Source: Paramecium tetraurelia (lineage: Eukaryota). From it: 64,000 nt of DNA. A program made the translations under genes and the position numbers. Below are positions 23,668 through 37,000 of this stretch, in pieces. The first letter of the stretch is position 1; every line of letters starts with the position of its first letter. Location: NCBI GenBank assembly GCA_000165425.1, contig CT868060.1, forward strand, positions 62,001 to 126,000, written 5' to 3'. The notes below the pieces were generated by a model. It saw only the letters and a program-made list of their open reading frames with translations. It had not been told where the DNA came from and did no database searches.

Positions 23668-24670
23668 TCAAACTAATCCCTTTAATGTGGCAGCTGTATT
23701 CTTTCTTTAATGAAATTAGTGTTTTTAAATAAGCAATTCAGATGAAATACTCTTTGTTACTGGTCGTGGTGTTCTGCTGAAAGAGGACTGAATGATAGTG
23801 TCGATAGGGTTTCTCGAAGTTAGATGATTTAAGTAAGGAGAATGTTGGATGGCGGAAGGACTGTTTTCTGTTTGATGAGATATTTTTAGATATGTTGAGC
23901 ACCTGGGGGATTTCTAATCCTCTCCCTTTGAGAACCTCAAGGGCTGAATGTTCGCAAAGGAGCTCTAACTAATCTTCTGGATCTTGGGCAATGTTAGTTG
24001 CGAATCTAAGGGAATGAGAGGTTGAGATTACCTTTATCGTGTAATTTTTATTGCAAATATATTCTCACTGATTGTCTTTATTTGTGTCTTTGATCAATAA
24101 TTTTGGCCTGTATAGATTGCGAATGGATGTTCATGTGATGTTTCTCATCATGTCCATTGAGTTAATGTTGTTGATGTTGAGAACTCAAGAGTGGAGATCC
24201 CTCCAAGAACACTTTGGTTTTATATCTGAACATCTTCTTCTGCTTGTCCAGCAACTTCTGTTTCCTTCTCTTGTAAATCAAGTACAGGATGCAATAAACT
24301 GCATTCTGGAACCTTAAGTGCAATCTCTGAGATCTTACTACTGACATTTGTGTCCGAAACTATCCGAATTTCTTTTGCAAATTTTTCATCTTCTTATTGG
24401 GCTTACTGCAATCGAAGCAGCAACAACTCCTATTGTCTTCAATCATCGTCGCTCTTGAAGACTCTGAACTACCCATATGTCGACGCATTACCTTTCCGAA
24501 GACAAACAGTCCAGGTTTTGTTAAGACATTGGCTTCGTATGCAAATTTAAGGGGTGAATGGCCTTGGAGTAAGTCTTTTTTGGCGACTTCTTCCTGGCAT
24601 GTTGTTTGTTCGTTATCAAAATCCCAGTTCTCTAACGATGAAGGGATTGTGGTTTTCTGCGATAATCCAT
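23668..24670 (-). CDS. Basic hypothetical protein with RSCCCFDC motif
   Basis: MDYRRKPQSLHRQR...EDNRSCCCFDCSKP...LRFQNAVYCILYLIYKRRKQK..., where two introns (23 and 26 nt) restore the frame. Confidence 0.7.
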
Positions 24671-24847
24671 TCTTTGCTTTAATTTTTGTTAGTAAATATA
24701 TATATATAATTTATATATATATATAAATATATATGTCTGATTATGTATGCCCAATTAATTTGAATTTTATATAGGAGACTTTATAATGTAAATATTATTT
24801 CAGCAAATCATTGTTTGGTATTAATTAAAATTCTTATACCGTCATCA

Positions 24848-25273
24848 ATGGGCATGTGCACTTCACAATCACAGAAGAAACCCAGGCCTCTCATAAAATT
24901 AATGAAAGTCAAAATGGATCCTGCTCAACAATCGAAACGCATCCAAGAAGTCATTCAAATATGGAACAACATCGATGGGTTGTTTACATAAATGAAATCT
25001 ACATCCAAAATCTCCAATGCTTAAATTCAAGAGCATGCAAATAACATTAATAAATTACTTAAATCTCATCCCAATTCGAAGTTTCTTGAGACCTTCTTTT
25101 CACACTTTGACCAATTCCAATCAAAATTGAATGAGCACATCAATGAACATCAAGAATTAGGGATTCAAGGCGAAAATATCTTCAGCAATTTGGACTCGCT
25201 TAATAGTAAATTCACTAAGTGGGGATACGCATCTCGTCTGGGATGCACACAATCACTCATTAAATATAATTGA
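24848..25273 (+). CDS. Small helical protein with N-terminal dual acylation signal (MGxCxS)
   Basis: Intronless 141-aa ORF MGMCTSQSQKKPRPLIKLMK... with Gly2/Ser6 myristoylation consensus, Cys4 and a basic patch. Confidence 0.72.
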
Positions 25274-25610
25274 TCTATCTATGTATTCAAAAATGATAAT
25301 TATAAATAATCACTCAAGAGAGTGCAATTTCTGTTGTTTATTCAAATTGTAAAAATATTAAGCAATATGTGATGACAAAAACAGAAAAAGACTTTATCAG
25401 ATCAAGAGGTTAGAGTCTGATCTGCATAAAATTGCAACCACATAAAATTAATTGAGAAAATTATTATAAATAAATGAAAATCAATTATCCATAAATTAAT
25501 TTTTTATATTCTGAATTCATCTTATTTCCTAAGCCAGATTTATTACAGAAGATACGTTTAGTTAACATTTAAACAATCTTAAATAGTAAATAATAATCAA
25601 TATTTAGAAT

Positions 25611-26707
25611 TCAACCTTAAGACAATCCTTTGTGATGAAAATGTAACCCATTATTATTTGATCCGCTAAAAACATTCTTGACACCAAAGGTTTAAAGAGT
25701 CAATTTTACTTGTTCAATTTTGTCTGATTTGATTTCAATGGCTGATTTGTGATGACCACTCATCCCTTGATTCCAAATATTCTCGACATTCTTTTGCTTT
25801 TAATATCTTCTGAAGAAGTCATCATTATTGGTTTATTTTAAGAGACTTCCCACACTTCCTTGCTTAAAAAAACTTTTAGGATTATTATTAGTATTTGTCT
25901 GTTTTGCACTCCCATTTACATAAAATTGACTCACTGAAGGACTTTCAGATTCTCGCTTGGTCTCTTTATATCCAGAAGACATTCTATCCAAAAAAGATGG
26001 TTTCGCACTGTGCAATGACCCTTTGCTAGCAGACGTAACTGATCCTCTGGGATTTGAATGGAAGGAGGCTCCATTTCTCGTTCCTTGATGGGAATTGAGA
26101 TTCTATTTGTATTCGTAATCCTATAGTTGTTTCATGAAACCTACAGAATAGCATTGAGAGCAATACCTGAATTCGGCTCGACTATTGATCTTGCTCCCTT
26201 GACTTTCTTGAGTGCCTCTTTGAGGGAGTAACCCAAATGTTTGATCATGTATGCAATCACAATAGAGGCAGATCTGGAGATACCAGCATAACAATGAACG
26301 AATACATTGGTGTTCTTGATGTGATCTCTTATGAAGTTGGCGCATTCATCGAAGTAACGATAGAGGTCGAAGTTGACTGCGTCTTCGGCCATTATCCACT
26401 AAGTTATGAGATGGGATTTGATACTAATCGAGTCATTGATGGATCAACTCGGATTTCACTTGTGTCGATCACAGCCACAATGGCATTGATGGAGTGTTCT
26501 CGCAGGTATTTGATGTCATTGGCCGCATTGATGTTTCCCAAATACAATTGTCCATAACGTGAATTCTTGTAAAGATCCACAATCAGATTCATGGGACTAC
26601 CTATTGAGTTGAGATTGTAGATTCATACGATTGCTGCACGTGTTGCCAACACTCTGATTGAGGTTTAGTTGCGTACAAGTTAGGCTTAAATCTAACCACT
26701 TAGACAT
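25611..26707 (-). CDS. Dual-specificity protein phosphatase
   Basis: GQLYLGNINAA..., AEDAVNFDLYRYFDECANFI, catalytic VFVHCYAGISRSASIVIAYMI, and RSIVEPNSGF after splicing. Has a Ser-rich C-terminal tail and several small introns. Confidence 0.92.
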
Positions 26708-26915
26708 TCGTTAAATTAACAAACAACAAATTAATGAATTTATTTATTTTGCATCAAATGCTTATAAATATCAATTGTGCTCCTCAAGAACTAGATAATT
26801 GATTTTTCATTATAGATGAACATTTTATTATTCAATATTTCAATTTACAACTTTTATGCTCATCCTATGAATGATATTTGTAAGATGCATCTCCATCTCC
26901 AAATCCATCCCAGAA

Positions 26916-27128
26916 TCAATCGATGTAATTGGTTTCATCTAACAATGTGTTAAATTCAGAATCTGTCAACACCACTGAAAATTAAGTCTTCTCCTATTTC
27001 CATCTTATGTGCTGCTACTCCCTTGCAGAATTCTTGCTCCCATGATTCAAGAGGTGCACAACAATTAAAGTAATCAAACAGATCGACACCAGAGTGAGAG
27101 CCTCTAGGAAAATGTCGTTTTTAAGCAT
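26916..27128 (-). CDS. Possible 70-aa protein with N-terminal TM helix
   Basis: MLKNDIFLEALTLVSICLITLIVVHLLNHGSKN...LDETNYID*. Competing short frames exist on the plus strand. Confidence 0.35.
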
Positions 27129-27399
27129 CACTTGATTAATTATAATATTGTATGATTAATCAATAAATTCAAGTTTTTCATATTATTCATAACTCACTTT
27201 ATCAACTCAACCACCGAATTAAGAGTCTATTGAAATAGAGATAACAACTCAATAGGTATTAATTATCTATTTATTGTTTAAGATAATGTTATCACTCATC
27301 GTAATTCATCTCATTGAATTGATCAAAATGTGAGTACTAATATTTCTTGCAAGTATAGCATTTTATATGTTCGGATTGGATAAATATTGGATTCATTAG

Positions 27400-27859
27400 A
27401 GAGTATGTATGTTTGTAGAAAGGAATAAACTTAAAATATTGATAGGGTGGATTCATCATTCTAGCAAATACTAATTTAGTCTAGTCTCTAGAATATGAAA
27501 ATATATAAGATGGATCATTAAATCAGAAGATTTCAAGAGTGATCGAGAATCTATTAGACTATATGGCAATCCTTGTTAAGCTCAGATTAAAATCATTATT
27601 ATTTAAATTAACCATATTCTAGATGATTATTTGGACATCTTAGTGAAAGATCTATGACAGAAAGGAGGTGATAAAGAACTTAATGAGAACTGAAAATGAT
27701 AACTTCTGGTTAGTCAATATGGATGCGGCTTTTTCTAAATATAATTCAGATAACTCGAGATAATGGATTGTCAATTATAGAGTTTTCTATCATCGCTTTC
27801 TTGTTGATGGTCTTGTTAGTGGAGTAGTATTCAGAAGTATTAAGAAGATAGAACAATGA
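27400..27859 (+). pseudogene. Decayed gene remnant
   Basis: The 3' segment reads well (IYDRKEVIKNLMRTENDNFWLVNMDAAFSKY...VVFRSIKKIEQ*), but upstream frames are broken by TGAs and frameshifts that no intron repairs. Confidence 0.35.
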
Positions 27860-27900
27860 ATTATTATTAAATAATAGAATAAATATAATATATTTATTAA

Positions 27901-29241
27901 ATGAATAGAGAAAGATAATTTGAAGTAATTAAAACATAATAAGTAAATTAACACTTATTATGCACTATTTGTAGAGAAGTATTTTATAATCCAATAAGGG
28001 CAACATGTGGGTATCATTCATTTTTCATCAGTAGGCATACTTTTTGCGGAACTTGTTTGGTTCGTTGGATTTAGATGAAAAAAAGTTGTCCTTTATGTCG
28101 ACATCGACTTGAACGAAACTATTAATTTGACAAAGACATTCTAGCCACCAAAATTGTTGGAGATATTGAAGTTAAATGTTTAAGATGTCAATTATGGGAG
28201 GGAACCTTGGCTTAATTTAAATAACATAAAAAATCATAATGTACTTACATATCTATTAACACTGAAATACATCAAGATGCTATTGAAATTGGAGATGATG
28301 ATGATGAATTTACATTTGCGAATCTTGTAGAAGAAACAGAACCTTAAATTAAATAATAAATCATTGAAAATTTTGGGTAATAAATTTTGATTTCGATTGA
28401 TTAATCCTAAAATCAAGAATAGCAACAACAATCTTAATAAAGCAATAATCTAAATTAGAATCATTAGGATCCTCCATTAGAAACTAATTCTAATAATATT
28501 AATCTCAACTCTAATCAAATAGAAAATCTAAATTAAAATCCAGAATTGAATAATGATTTGCCTCAATAGAATCTAGAGAACAACCAAATCGATAATCCTC
28601 CTCAGGAAATCAATTAAGAGAATCAGATTAGTCTCTCTATTATTTAGGATGATTCAATTAATTAACAGAATACTACCCACCAAGTTGATTAACATATTAA
28701 TTAAGCAAAATAGTTGAATGATTAATAACAATAGGATATACCTTAGATTCCAGACTCTAACCAAAATGAGACTGAGGAAAAGCCTTTATCTTTAGAAAAT
28801 TAACAATTAATATTGCAAGATAATTAGGACACTAGTTAAAACAATATCCTTAACGATGAAGCAAGCGTTCATTAAGACAAACTATAATAAGTGGCAGACA
28901 ACATATAAATTCAACTGTAAACAGAAATCAAGGATGATTCTCCTAATTACAATTAAACTAATCAATAGAATCTAAATTCTGCAGAGTAATTTAAGACAAA
29001 TGATCCTGATATTCAGATAATTGAACCTCCCATCAAATTTTTAAATAATAAAGATCTGAAGAAATTTAAGGCTACCAATAAATTTAAAATTAATATTCTC
29101 AAAAATAATGTGAAAATTTCAGAACCTATGATGATGGAGGAAATACATGATAGTATATTTTTTGAATTTGTGAACCAAATGAAAAAAGAAATGGTTAGGA
29201 AATTAAGTGACATCTAATACTACAATACTCTGCTTGGTTGA
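27901..29241 (+). CDS. RING-HC (C3HC4) E3 ligase with TRAF-like zinc finger and Q/N-rich tail
   Basis: LLCTICREVFYNPIRATCG[intron 28011-28034]HTFCGTCLVRWIQMKKSCPLCR, then EVKCLRCQLWEGTLAQFKQHKKSQC. Confidence 0.88.
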
Positions 29242-29769
29242 TGTAATTATATTTCATTTCATATATTATTTCTGTAATTTTAATCATTATTACTTATGAT
29301 TTCTATCTTTAGTAAAACCCTAGATGAATATCCTTTTCATATTCTAACAAGGACATGATGCACTTTTATTATAAAGAACTTCTTTTTTATTTTTATAGAT
29401 AATAAATTCAGATGAAAAAAGATTATGAATCACCATTATTCGGTTAGGTTATATAATTAACCAGCCAAAAATTATCTGAATATTATCTTATTGAAATTAT
29501 TATAAATATCTAATTTATTTTGATCGATCCAAATGGTTAAATCTGTATATTTATTTATTAAAAATCTAATTAAAATCTTATCACTTGGTGCCAAAATGAA
29601 TTAATTTTCAAAATAAATCGAATTCATTCCTTTACAACATCCAAATTCATCGACATAGTCTTCCAATCCACCTCCGCATTATTGAATCATCAAATTCGCA
29701 TTGAATAAATGAAAATTAAAGTTTACTCCAAAAACCGCAATTTAAATCATCCTATCATATACATGATAG

Positions 29770-30108
29770 TCATTCTGAAGGATAATGGTACACACTGATT
29801 TTAAATGAATGGAAGCCCCAGCTAGCCTATATCTTTCTAATATGATACATTTTCATTTTCTAAATAAGTTTGAAACATTTAAGAATGGAATTTTTCCTGT
29901 GATGAGAAAATTCAAATACCAGACTTTGCACTTAGTATTCTATGATATTTCTATATTTGAATTAGATGTCAGCTCTGGGCATGATCTTGGATGTAGCAAT
30001 GAGGATGAAGTTATAGAAATTTAAGTATTATCATTTTCGATGACCAACTCTTCTAATACTAATTCGAACCTAAGAGGTGTAATTAAATGTATACCACCAC
30101 AAATTCAT
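29770..30108 (-). CDS. Small hypothetical protein
   Basis: Two GTAT..AG introns join MNLWWFELVLEELVIEND...KCKVWKNSILKCFKLIQKMKMYHIRKIQASWGFHSFKISVYHYPSE*. The start is uncertain. Confidence 0.4.
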
Positions 30109-30647
30109 TTCTATTGTTATCTTGAAATGCGAAGTTAGATCAAAAATACTCTAATAGTATTTAAAGTAAAATACTTTTAAATTACGGTATCATGTGTAAA
30201 CACATCATATCCACCAAAGTCAGGCTAATTAGTTTATTCTAGCTTGTAAATGACTTGTTAAGAGTTCACGAAAATTAAAATAAAGATCAAGAAATATCTC
30301 ATGAATATTAATATTTAGCTAATTCAAAATCTATACTTTAAAAAAATGATTATTTGGAATAGTTCCATAAATATGTATTGTAATTAATAATGTTAATTCA
30401 AATATTAATAAGAGATATGAAAATGCTTTATTAATTTACCAAAAATTAAAACTTAATTAATAATGGACACAAGATACAGAGCTTTATAATGCAAATTAAA
30501 ATAATTAAAGGAAATTATAAATTTCATTCTTTTTGTTGACTCCACTTGTTGTTCTTAATCTAATGGAAATTAACAACCATAACCAATTGACGTAAGCTGA
30601 ATTTGCTTTAATATATAATTATTTTTAATATTTAATTTTATTAGAAT

Positions 30648-33600
30648 ATGCAGTAAATCACTTCTTCACTTCTTAAAGTAGTGAGCACTTAGATTTAAGG
30701 TATAGAAATAATGTAAGAGTAGATCTTGATTCACTTATTTCAAAGCAGGAAAAAGTCATTAATGAACAAGCTAGCGAGATAAAGTCTCTGAAAAATCGAA
30801 TCAATCAGAAGGAAATGTTGAGTTAGCCCATTTTTGACAATCCAATTGATCAATTATTAACTTACCCTAAATCCCTGAATGCACTTGGTTTACAGATACA
30901 AGAGGAATTTGAGAAGTTGAAATCCTAATTATAGGAAAAGGAGTAGGAATTACACCTGCTTAGATCTGGCATAGAGGGTCAAAGGAGATCATACAAGCCG
31001 AACACGACCCAGGTAGATGAAATTATTAAGCAACACGAGGAGATTGATGATATTCTGATTGAGTTAGAGAAAAAGCTATATGACAAGAAGCAATAAAAAT
31101 AAGAGTTAGAATAGATTATAAATACTTATGGGGATGACGAAAAAATATTAAAATAATTGAAATAGCAAATATCTGTGTTGAATGAGTAACTGGTAGTAGA
31201 GAAGGCATATAATTAGGAGGTAAGGATTTAATTAAAGAAATTGCAATAAGAGACTTAGAATTTGAATGATTAATTGGAGATGAAGCTAGCAGAAAAGTAA
31301 GATTTTGAAGATTAAGTGGCAAAGACTAAAAGTTAATTGGATTATTTAAAGTCCTAAAATATTATGTTAGGGATTGGAACACCAGTAAAAGGAGAGACTG
31401 AAAAGTTGATAGCAATAGATGACTTAGTTAAATAGAATTAAGCTGTGGACGATTTGATGAATGAATTGCAAACCAAATTGCTTGAAAAACAATAGGCTCA
31501 CAATCAGCTGATGGATTAATTAAGTAAGCAGAATATATAAGAGAATGAACAGAACTCATCCACGTCTCTCAGACCTCAAAGTCTGTCTCCAAAAAAGGAG
31601 TTAATCTCATAATTAGAAGTCGAATAGCATGAATGTGAAATAATTCAATAGCAATTGAAATAAAAACAACTAGAAATCGAAGAGTTAAGAGATTAATTGG
31701 AGAAGGAAGAATAGGAAGTGTTTAGGTTACAGTACAAACTGCAAGAGGAGATAGAAGTCAAGGTTTCAGTTGAATAGCAAATTTAGAGTGTGCAATCAAG
31801 ATAACTAATAATAGAACCAACAGTAACTTCTTACATTCAGGAGGCACCCACAATCAATGTCTTTGGTCCTTAAACAGAATCAATCCCTCAGGATTACTAG
31901 TTTTAAATCGATTAATTGAAGGAGACAATAAAATAGTAGGAGTCGTAGATTGAGTTCTTGAAGTTTGAAATTCAATAGAAGGATGAAATAATGAATATGT
32001 CACAACACACATACTTGCAAGACTTGAATCAATAGAATTAAGAAGTCGAAAGTAGGATACAAGAGTTAAAGAAACAATTGAGTTATAAAATAAAGAGAAA
32101 GGATCAATTGGAATCTATTGTGAATGAGGATCAGAAGCCTAGGAGGAAATCTTTTGTTCAAAATACAGAGCTGATGGATTTGTAGGAATAATTACATGAG
32201 AAGAATATGAATATTGTATAGCTATACGAAGAAATATCTAGATTTTAAAAATAATTATACGATAAGGAATAAGAATTACAATAAAGGGATGTTGAATTGA
32301 GATATTAAGCATTGATGAAGACGAATGAAGATTAATGTGAGAAGGCAGATGAATTGGTTAAAAAGAATTTGTCAATGGATGAGTTGATTCATTCATTGGA
32401 GGTAAGGTTGGTGGAGAAGGAATCAAAATTAAAGGAATTAGAGTATTTGAATTCATCAAAGAATTTTGAAATTGAATCTAATCAAAATAATAACTCATTC
32501 TATAAAGATAGAGAAAGCATTATAAGAGATAGTGGAATTAATTCATATGATCAAGACTAAGATCACTAATTTGTTTAATAATAATAAATTCTAGCTGGAT
32601 TCAACAGTGGCTTGGAACATTTAAAGAGCAGAGTAGAATGTTAGAAGTATGAATTGCAAGAAAAGGATAAGATTATTGAATAGCTTAAACAATAATTAAA
32701 TGATTTGAAAAGAAGTAATTTCAATCAATAGATTTTGGCAACCCAGGACGTGTCTGTTATTAATAGATAAATCAATGTGTTGTAGGAATAGGCAGATAAT
32801 TTAGTTAAGTAAAACTTAGCTTTGGAGGATGTTATACATGAATTAGAGTACAAGTTGTAAGAGAAGAAGAACAAATAAGAAGAAGTCTAATAGATCATTT
32901 AAAATATGATGGAGGAAGAGGTTCAATTAAGATAACTTAAATCAGACGAGATGGTTAAGAAGAATTTGGAGTTGGATGAGAAGATCTAATAAATGGAATC
33001 GAGGTTGATTCAGAAGCAGCAATAATAGTATGAATTAGAATAAAGATTGTCATAGCATTAAAGGTCAATGCCTTAGCGATTGCCAGTATTCCATGAGGAT
33101 CAGGATATCATCTAAGATCATAATTCAAATTTATCTGAATTGACCATTTAAATCGCTTAGATAACAGAGTCAGTCAGGTAATTAAGTTAAGATGATATTG
33201 AATTGGAATTCTTATTAAAATAAAAAAAAGAAAAGTAATCTCAAATTGAATAACTAAAATTGTTTATCTAATCATCAACTGATGTACTCCAAGATTTGTA
33301 GTCTGAGCAATAAATCAAGTAGGAATAGGTTGAAAAAATGAAATCTCAAAATAAAGATATTGAGTAAATGGTTAATGATTTATAGAACTAACAAGTTAAT
33401 TTAATTGAAGATGTCAACAAATCGTAATAGAATGTTCCTAATTGGTTGAATTAGAATATGGAATCATCTAAAAGGTTGAATGAACTCCAAAAAGGGTAAC
33501 AAAAAGTGAAAGAGCAAATTAAGAACTTAGAATCCTTGATTTTGGATTTATAAATAGTGGTTAAGGAAAAACAAGAAGAATTATAACGAATATCATAAGA

Positions 33601-36600
33601 GAACTATTAGTTGTCCATTCTGACAAGAAAATAGAAGTAGAAGAGAGATCATTTACTGAGAGAGTAAATGCCCTTGGGAGAGAAGGTTGGATTACTTGAA
33701 CAATAAGTGAATGATTTGGTGGCAGAAAACAAAAGATTACAGCTTGAATTAGCAAGATTATTTTAAGAGGCTGAGTCTGCTAAATAAGTGAAGTAAACTA
33801 AGGAATAGCAAATATCAGCATTGAGCATAGAGAGTTCGCAATTAGATTAAAATATAATGTTGTTAAAAGACGATATTGAGTAAGCAAAGATACTGGAATA
33901 ACAATTGTTGGATCAATAGAATTAGTACAAGTAAAAGAATGCCTTGATAGAATAAGAAATTAAGATCTACACAGAGATGAATTTGGATGGTGCAAATATA
34001 AATAAGAAGATAGAAGACCTAACTCATTAGATTTCAGAGGAAAAACAACTATTCGAATAGCTTATTGAAGAATTGCAAATTCAAAAGGAATAGGTCTTGT
34101 TGATAGTGCCTTAGAAAGATGAGATCTAAAAGTTATATTTACAAACTAAGCAATAATACGATTAGAGTGTGGAGGACCTATCTGAACTATAGAAATAATA
34201 GCAAAAGGTATAAGATTAAAAGAATCAAGTGACGCAGGAGGTCAATTACCTTAAATTGTTCACAGAGAATTAAGAAAAGTAATTAGTTGAATTGTAGGCT
34301 TTAAGGATCAAGTTGGATGATAATATTAAATAAGAAAATACATTAAAAAATGCAATACAGGATAAGGCTGATAGAATTTAATAGGAGTTGGATCGCAACA
34401 AGCAAGCAATTCAAACCTAGATCTAGATTCTAGAAAAGTAGAACAGAGAGAAAGAACAACGATAAGAGTAGATTCAGAAGATTCAAACGGAGATTGAAGA
34501 TTAGAAGAACAATTTGAATAAATTGACAGATTAACAGATGAAACATCTTTATCAATTAGATTAGATTGCAAAATTAGATAAGGATATGGAAAGGTTGATG
34601 AAGGATGTATTTGAGAAGGAAGAGTAAGTGTAATAGTATGCAGGATTAGTATATTAGAAATAATAGAAGGTTAATGATTAAAAGTAGAAGTTCAATTAAT
34701 TGGAGGATGAATTGAAGTTTTATGAGAGAGAAGAGGAAGAAATAAAAAAGAGGATATCTGAATAAGATGAGAAGTTAAGCAAATTGGAAAGAGAATTTTA
34801 AATAAGGTCAGAAAAGAGGAGTAAATTTGAGGATGAAATAGCGAAGGCTGAAATGGATTTAAGTAATTTGGAAGAGATGCTAAGAAATAGGGATGAAGAA
34901 TTAAGAAATTTTAATGAGTCAAAGGTGGAGTTAATGAAATTTAAATAGCAATATTCTACTATTTAAGGAGAGATAAGAGAGAAGTAGGAGTAGATCTAAG
35001 AATTTGAGAAGTAGAGATCGAAGTTGTCTGAAGAGATCAAGAAGGAATAGGAGCAATTGACAGAAATCAATCAAGAAATATATCAAACTAAGGTTAAAGA
35101 AGAGGAAATGAATTTCTAAATACAGTAGAAATTGAAGGATTTAGATATCTTGAATGATTAATTTAGAAAATTGGATGATGATGCAAAAATGTTGGAAGCT
35201 GTAATATAATTGAAAGAGAAAGAGTTGAAATAATATTAGGATAAGAAAGAAACACTCAAGAAGGAATTAGATATAGCTAATTTTTAAGTAGTGGAAGTGA
35301 AGAAACAATTGAATAAAAAGAAGCAATAAAAGCCAATAGAAGCAGATAATAATGAAGTAGAAGTGTATGAGGATGCATTATCATAACAAATAAGTTGTTT
35401 AAATACTAAGAACTTGAATTTAAAGGATGATTTATAGAGGTTGGTGCAATCACAGAGTCAACCAATATTCTAAACCATGCAATAGATTGAAGGAACTAAG
35501 ACTCAATTGGAAGAATTACAATTGACTATTAGGGAGAAGGATAAGAAATTAGATATATTGGAGTAATAATTATAACAATTATCTATGCATCAATCTAAAG
35601 TTACTATTCAATCTGGTTTCTACTTTGATGATGAACCATTGTTGTTGGAATTGTAGGATAAGTTCACTAAAGAAAGTGAGATGTTGGATGATCTATAATA
35701 GAAATTAAAGAGAACTGCTGAGAGACATCATGAGTTAGCACTTAAATTGTAGGATTGGGCTGAAAAAGAGCATAAATTGGCCATAGAATTGGATTAAAGA
35801 AGACAATGTGTGGAGAAGATAGAGAAGGAATTAGAAGTCCTATTTTAGAAGTAATCAGATTTAGAGAGTGACTAGGTTAATCTGCAACAAAGGATGTACT
35901 AATTAGAATTGGACAATTAAGAGTTGAATGAATAAGAAATCATTTCTTTGAATAGAATTAAAGAAAAGAAAGATTATGTTTAGGTGTTATTCAAGAATTT
36001 GATAGAAATGGATGAAAAATTGTTATAATTAAGAAATAGAATGGCTGTTTATTCACGAGAAGGTAGACAGTTAGCAGAGTAAGTAGAGAATTTGGAGAAT
36101 GAAAAGGAAATGAGAGAAGAGAGTTTGCAAGTGATTTAAGAGGAATTGGAGAGTTTAGAATTGGAAAAAGGGGAAAAATAGAGCATGATCTAATAGATTA
36201 AAAAAGAAATACAGGATTAAAACACAGAGAAAGATAAATTGGAAATATAATACGCTTTAACACATAGTAAGAATTAGCAATTGAAATTATTCATTGGAGT
36301 AGAGGAGTCCTTATATAAGAAAATGTAGACTGAATTTGAAATTCAATAGAAGAGGGATTAAAGCAAATATGAAAATATGTTTGTTTGCAACAGCACATAA
36401 ACATATTATGAAGTTGATTAGATTGAAGTTTTGATGGATAATCTAGTTGGATAGAAAATAACAAAAAAGGAATTGCAAAAATTGAAAACAGAATGTTATA
36501 CTGAAATATAACAATTATTTGCTTAAAATAAATCTTATGTTTAGGATAATGTAAATGTGAGAAATCTAATTTAATTTTAATAAATTCTAATCTAAGTTGT

Positions 36601-36973
36601 GGAAAGTGAAAACATATTGCTCTCTGAGAAGACTAAATGCAGAAAATCATTAACAATATAATCTGAAGAACAAAACACATTCACATTAGAATTAGTAAGT
36701 ATATTAAATTATTAAGATCGACACAATTATGAATTCCTCTTCATTAATTGAAATCTCAATAAATGAACATAGTTTAAATATAGGAGACAAGAGAATACCT
36801 AGATAATGGATAGTCGATAAATACTTTGATTATAATCATTAGATTTATCCCTTGGGAGTGTTGTATATTGTTTATAAGGTAATAATCAATCAATATTTTA
36901 GGTATCACTATGTTAAGTAATAACTTTAGCTTTAACCGGTACTAAAATAATCTAATTATATTCTTAAATTTGA
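30648..36973 (+). CDS. Giant (~2,090 aa) Q/E/K-rich coiled-coil protein
   Basis: A purine-rich frame runs for more than 6 kb with hundreds of TAA/TAG (Gln) codons and heptad patterns. Introns near 30700-30722 and 36695-36716. The exact 3' end is uncertain. Confidence 0.85.
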
Positions 36974-37000
36974 TTATTACAATATATATATATAATTATG

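Noticed and set aside
24696..24734. Palindromic (AT)n stretch as a regulatory hairpin
   Set aside because: AT microsatellites are self-complementary by nature, so this is not specific evidence.
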